From NCBI GenBank assembly GCA_965206845.1, contig OZ242221.1, forward strand, positions 1,440,001-1,504,000: a DNA stretch of 64,000 nt, in the 5' to 3' direction. Shown here one piece after another: positions 60,092 through 64,000 of the stretch. This DNA comes from Cenarchaeum sp. (lineage in GTDB: Archaea; Thermoproteota; Nitrososphaeria; Nitrososphaerales; Nitrosopumilaceae). The position numbers were made by a program, and so were the translations under genes. Under the pieces are notes generated by a model. That model made no database searches, had not been told where the DNA came from, and saw nothing but the letters and a program-made list of their open reading frames with translations. Numbering within the stretch: position 1 is the stretch's first letter; each line of letters starts with the position of its first letter.

Positions 60092-61605
60092 GGGTAAGGA
60101 TATTTGATACCACGCTGCGGGACGGGGAACAGACCCCGGGCATATCCCTCTCCCCGGACCAGAAGCTGGCGATAGCAAAGAAGCTGGACGACTTGGGGGT
60201 CGACGCCATCGAGGCGGGGTTTCCGGTGATATCTGAGGGCGAACTCCGGGCGGTCAGCATGATCGCGGCCGAAGGCCTCTCGTGCGAGATCTGCGGCTTG
60301 GCGAGAACCAACAGAAAGGACATAGACGCAGCAGTCGACGCTGGCCTGGATTACGTCCACACGTTCATCGCCACATCGGACATACACCTAAAGTACAAGC
60401 TGAAGATGACCCGCCAGCAGGCAGTGGAGAGCGCAGTGGATGCCGTCAGCTATGCCAGATCCCGCGGACTCCAGGTGGAGTTCTCCGCCGAGGATGCCAC
60501 TAGGACGGATCGGGACTTTCTCGTGCATGTGTTCGGCCAGGTGGCACAGGCAGGCGCAAACAGGATAGACATACCAGATACCGTGGGCTACTCGACGCCC
60601 CAGTACATGGCAGACGTCACCCGGGACGCAATCGGGGCCACAAACCTTCCGGTCAGCGTCCACTGCCACAATGACTTTGGCCTGGCAGTGGCAAACGCGC
60701 TGTCGGGAATCATGGCAGGCGCCAAGTGCGCCCATGTGACCATAAACGGGATAGGCGAGAGGGCCGGCAACGCGTCCCTAGAGGAGCTGGTCATGGCGCT
60801 AAAGTGCCTCCAGAACGGGGAGACGTTTGAGACCGGGATCAAGACGCAGCTCCTCTACGAGACATCGGGGTTCGTCTCCAAGATAGCTGGCATCCGGGTC
60901 CAGCCCAACAAGGCTATCGTGGGCGAGAATGCCTTTGGCCACGAGTCTGGCATACACACCCACGGCGTTCTGAACAACCCGCTGACCTACGAGCCCATAA
61001 GCCCCGAGCTGGTGGGAAGAAAGCGGTGGCTACAGGTGGGCAAGCATGCGGGAATCCATGGCATGAACGCCATGCTGGAGGAGTACGGGATCAAGCCGGA
61101 CAGGGCGCAGGCAAAGGAGATACTGGACAGGGTAAAAGTGATAGGCGATCAGGGCAAGCAGGTCACCGATGTGGACCTGCTCTCAATTGCTAGCGGCGTG
61201 CTGGGCAGCCAAGGCGTCAGGAAGCTGGTCCGCCTGGTGGGGTTCTCGGTCTCCACGGGAATCGGGACGATGCCGTATGCCTTTGTCAAGCTGAACGTAG
61301 ACGGGCAGGAGTTATCTGCCACCGATTACGGCACGGGTCCCGTCAACGCATCGCTAAAGGCAATACAGAAGATTACCGACAGGGTGTCTGAGATACGCAT
61401 TGCGGACTACCGCCTGGCATCCATCTCCGGGGGCTCTGATGCGCTCTGCGAGGTGACCATACGCGTGGAGGACGGCGCGGGAGACAGCGTGTCTGCCAGA
61501 TCCGTGGGTTCGGACATTGTGACTACCAGCATGCAAGCAGTAATCACCGGGATGAACAGGCTCATGCTCAAGGGGTCGCTAAAAGGCGGACGGCAGGTTC
61601 GGTAG
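60088..61605 (+). CDS. leuA: 2-isopropylmalate synthase (LeuA/CimA family)
   Basis: DTTLRDGEQ, HCHNDFG, GERAGN; citramalate specificity cannot be excluded. Confidence 0.82.
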   Translation: MRVRIFDTTLRDGEQTPGISLSPDQKLAIAKKLDDLGVDAIEAGFPVISEGELRAVSMIAAEGLSCEICGLARTNRKDIDAAVDAGLDYVHTFIATSDIHLKYKLKMTRQQAVESAVDAVSYARSRGLQVEFSAEDATRTDRDFLVHVFGQVAQAGANRIDIPDTVGYSTPQYMADVTRDAIGATNLPVSVHCHNDFGLAVANALSGIMAGAKCAHVTINGIGERAGNASLEELVMALKCLQNGETFETGIKTQLLYETSGFVSKIAGIRVQPNKAIVGENAFGHESGIHTHGVLNNPLTYEPISPELVGRKRWLQVGKHAGIHGMNAMLEEYGIKPDRAQAKEILDRVKVIGDQGKQVTDVDLLSIASGVLGSQGVRKLVRLVGFSVSTGIGTMPYAFVKLNVDGQELSATDYGTGPVNASLKAIQKITDRVSEIRIADYRLASISGGSDALCEVTIRVEDGAGDSVSARSVGSDIVTTSMQAVITGMNRLMLKGSLKGGRQVR

Positions 61606-61613
61606 ATCCTGCC

Positions 61614-62639
61614 ATGTACAGAATATCGCTTGTTACCGGCGACGGGATAGGCCCGGAGCTCTCCGAGGCTGCCTGCATGGTGCTGGATGCAATAAACGAC
61701 AGGCTGGGCCTGGGGCTGGAGGTGACGCGGCTGCAGGCAGGCGATGCGGCGCTGGCCGACACCGGCAGGGCGCTACCCGAGGACACCCTGAACGCAATCA
61801 GGAGCTCCGACGCATGCCTCAAGGCTCCCGTGGGCGAGTCCGCGGCGGACGTGATTGTGGCGCTGCGCCAGATGCTGGATCTCTACGCCAACGTGCGGCC
61901 GGCAAAATCGTATCCCGGCCTGCCCGCCCTGCGGGACGACATCGACCTGGTCATAGTCCGGGAGAACACCGAGGATCTCTACACCGGACGAGAGTTTGAG
62001 ATTGACGGGGCTGCAGTGGCCCTCCGCATCATATCCGTTGCCGCCTCAAGGAGGATAGCCGAATACGCATTTCAGACCGCAATGCACAGGGACGGTGCCA
62101 GAACCGTCACCTGCGTGCACAAGTCAAACGTAATGCGGGTTACCGACGGCATCTTCTCTGACGCATGCGTGCAGGTGGCCAGGGACTATCCGGACGTGCG
62201 CTTGGAGCAGATGTACGTGGATGCATGCGCCATGAATCTGATCCGCCAGCCGGAGAAGTTTGACGTCATAGTGACCACCAACCTCTTTGGTGACATCCTC
62301 TCAGACGAGTCCTCGCAGGTGGCAGGGGGGCTTGGCATGGCTCCGGCCGCAAACATCGGAGACGACTTTGCCCTCTTTGAGCCCGTGCACGGAGCCGCCT
62401 TTGACATCGCCGGAAAGGGCATTGCAAACCCGTCGTCGTTCATCCTGTCGGCCAGGATGATGCTGGACTGGCTGGCCAGACGGCACGGCGACCGTGGGTG
62501 CTCTGATGCTGCGGCGAGCTTGGAGCGCGCCGTGCTTGGCGTCATAGGCCGCGGCATCCGGACCAAGGATGTGGGGGGGGACAGGACCACAATGGAGTTT
62601 GCTCGGGAGGTGGCGTCCCGGATCGAGGGCACCGCCTGA
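61614..62639 (+). CDS. leuB: 3-isopropylmalate (isocitrate/isopropylmalate family) dehydrogenase
   Basis: GDGIGPE, RENTE, NLFGDILSD, EPVHG; follows leuA. Confidence 0.82.
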   Translation: MYRISLVTGDGIGPELSEAACMVLDAINDRLGLGLEVTRLQAGDAALADTGRALPEDTLNAIRSSDACLKAPVGESAADVIVALRQMLDLYANVRPAKSYPGLPALRDDIDLVIVRENTEDLYTGREFEIDGAAVALRIISVAASRRIAEYAFQTAMHRDGARTVTCVHKSNVMRVTDGIFSDACVQVARDYPDVRLEQMYVDACAMNLIRQPEKFDVIVTTNLFGDILSDESSQVAGGLGMAPAANIGDDFALFEPVHGAAFDIAGKGIANPSSFILSARMMLDWLARRHGDRGCSDAAASLERAVLGVIGRGIRTKDVGGDRTTMEFAREVASRIEGTA

Positions 62640-62755
62640 GATCCAGATGGTGCTTGCTGCTGCAGTACATGCTACCTGCCGCATCGTGCCGGGAGCAAAG
62701 GCCCTGCTGAGGAATGTGTACTTCCGTACCGCAATGTTATGGATCCACACTGCGC

Positions 62756-64000
62756 CTACGGCGACAGCCTGTCCGGATCCCGGGGGTACAGCACTACCTC
62801 TCTTACGTTGTCGATTCCCGTGAGGACTGCCATGAGCCTGTCAAGCCCGAGCCCCCATCCAGAGTGCGGCGGCATCCCCCAGTCAAAGGCTCGGAGGTGA
62901 TCCACAAACTGGGCAGGATCCAACCCCTGCTTCTGCAGCCGTGATCTCAGCGTGTCGGGATCGTGCAGCCTGGTTCCGCCCGATGAGAGCTCCAGGTATC
63001 CGTACTGCAGGTCAAAGGATCTGGATATCTCGGGGTTGTCGTCCCTCTCCCTGATGTAGAACGGCTTCAGCTCCTGCGGCCAGTCGGTCAGAAAGTAGAA
63101 TCCCGGGTGCCGCTCTCCGACCAGTCTCAGGTGCGAGTCGGTCAGATCGTCGCCAAACTCTATGTCCTGGCCCGTCTCTGCCAGTTCGTCCACCATCTGC
63201 GAGTAGGTTATCCGCGGGAACCTAGATGCTGGGGCCTGCACCTGGCAGCCGATCTCCTCCTGCTCCCTCTTGCAGCCTGCAGCCAGATCTTGGCACACCG
63301 CAACGACCATCTCCTCCAGTACGTCCATGACGTCGGTGTAGTCCATGAATGCGGCCTCGATGTCCACCGAGGTGAACTCGGTCAGGTGCCTTCCCGTGTG
63401 TGACTTTTCTGCCCGGTAAAAGTTTGCTATCTCAAAGACGCGCTCGAGGCCCAGGGTCATCTGCTCCTTGTACAGCTGCGGACTCTGTGCCAGGTATGCC
63501 GTCCTGCCAAAGTACTCCAGCGAGAAGAGGTTGGCGCCGCCTTCGCTGGCACTGCCGATTATCTTGGGGGTGGTGATCTCAGTGAACCTCCCTGATGTCA
63601 GCGTCCTCCTCAATGATGCCAGGGTGTGGTGCCTGAGCCTGAAGATGGCGGCGGTCCGCCGGTTCCTCATATCGAGGGCGCGGGAGTTCAGCCGGTTGTC
63701 TATGCTGCTCTGTAGCCGGCCTATCGGGTCTATGGGCAGCGGATAGGCTGCCCTTGCCAGCACTCGGATGCTGTCTGCCCTGACCTCAAGGTCGTAGTCG
63801 CGCGCCCTGGTCTCCTGTACTGTGCCCTGAACCACAACGACGCTCTGCCTGTTTATCTTTCGTACCGCGTCGTTCAGATCCCCCTTTACCACAACCTGGG
63901 CGCTTCCCGTAGAGTCCCTCAGGATCAGGAACGTCATCTTGCCCATCTCGCGCAGGTCCTCCACCCAACCCCCAAGGCCCACCTGCTGGCCTGCCATCCC
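62756..64000 (-). CDS. aspS: Aspartyl-tRNA synthetase, archaeal type (5' end beyond window)
   Basis: LAQSPQLYK, RAEKSHTGRHLTEF, GMPPHSGWGLGLDR. Confidence 0.95.
   Translation of the reverse strand, partial: GMAGQQVGLGGWVEDLREMGKMTFLILRDSTGSAQVVVKGDLNDAVRKINRQSVVVVQGTVQETRARDYDLEVRADSIRVLARAAYPLPIDPIGRLQSSIDNRLNSRALDMRNRRTAAIFRLRHHTLASLRRTLTSGRFTEITTPKIIGSASEGGANLFSLEYFGRTAYLAQSPQLYKEQMTLGLERVFEIANFYRAEKSHTGRHLTEFTSVDIEAAFMDYTDVMDVLEEMVVAVCQDLAAGCKREQEEIGCQVQAPASRFPRITYSQMVDELAETGQDIEFGDDLTDSHLRLVGERHPGFYFLTDWPQELKPFYIRERDDNPEISRSFDLQYGYLELSSGGTRLHDPDTLRSRLQKQGLDPAQFVDHLRAFDWGMPPHSGWGLGLDRLMAVLTGIDNVREVVLYPRDPDRLSP

Overview
A 64 kb GC-rich archaeal chromosomal segment. Gene content and order point to a Nitrosopumilaceae-like ammonia-oxidising thaumarchaeon: aIF-1A-rio1-KH-top6B-top6A, carAB, atpF, sulfite reductase/rhodanese, nop5-fibrillarin, rnhB, trm1, rlmE, cdvC/vps4, ilvBH-leuA-leuB and aspS. 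The load of IS elements, MITEs, pseudogenes and long repeat proteins (TPR, Ig-like, Cache) suggests a host-associated lineage such as a sponge symbiont (inference). The standout observation is that carB is interrupted by a 22-nt insert (12820-12841) that folds into a bulge-helix-bulge/loop splicing-endonuclease substrate. Cutting at the canonical positions exactly restores the conserved IGEAGE|FDYSG sequence, so this is a candidate tRNA-type mRNA intron in a metabolic gene. Other notable items: a nested IS1595/ISH3/MITE stack, a 138-bp MITE family that duplicates CTG/CAG, a mini-element and an IS5 in tandem at one 8-bp target, a secreted six-Cache-domain protein, and basic low-complexity tails on Top6A, Nop5 and a TFE-beta/Rpc34-like protein. 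All calls are from manual reading; no database searches were run.
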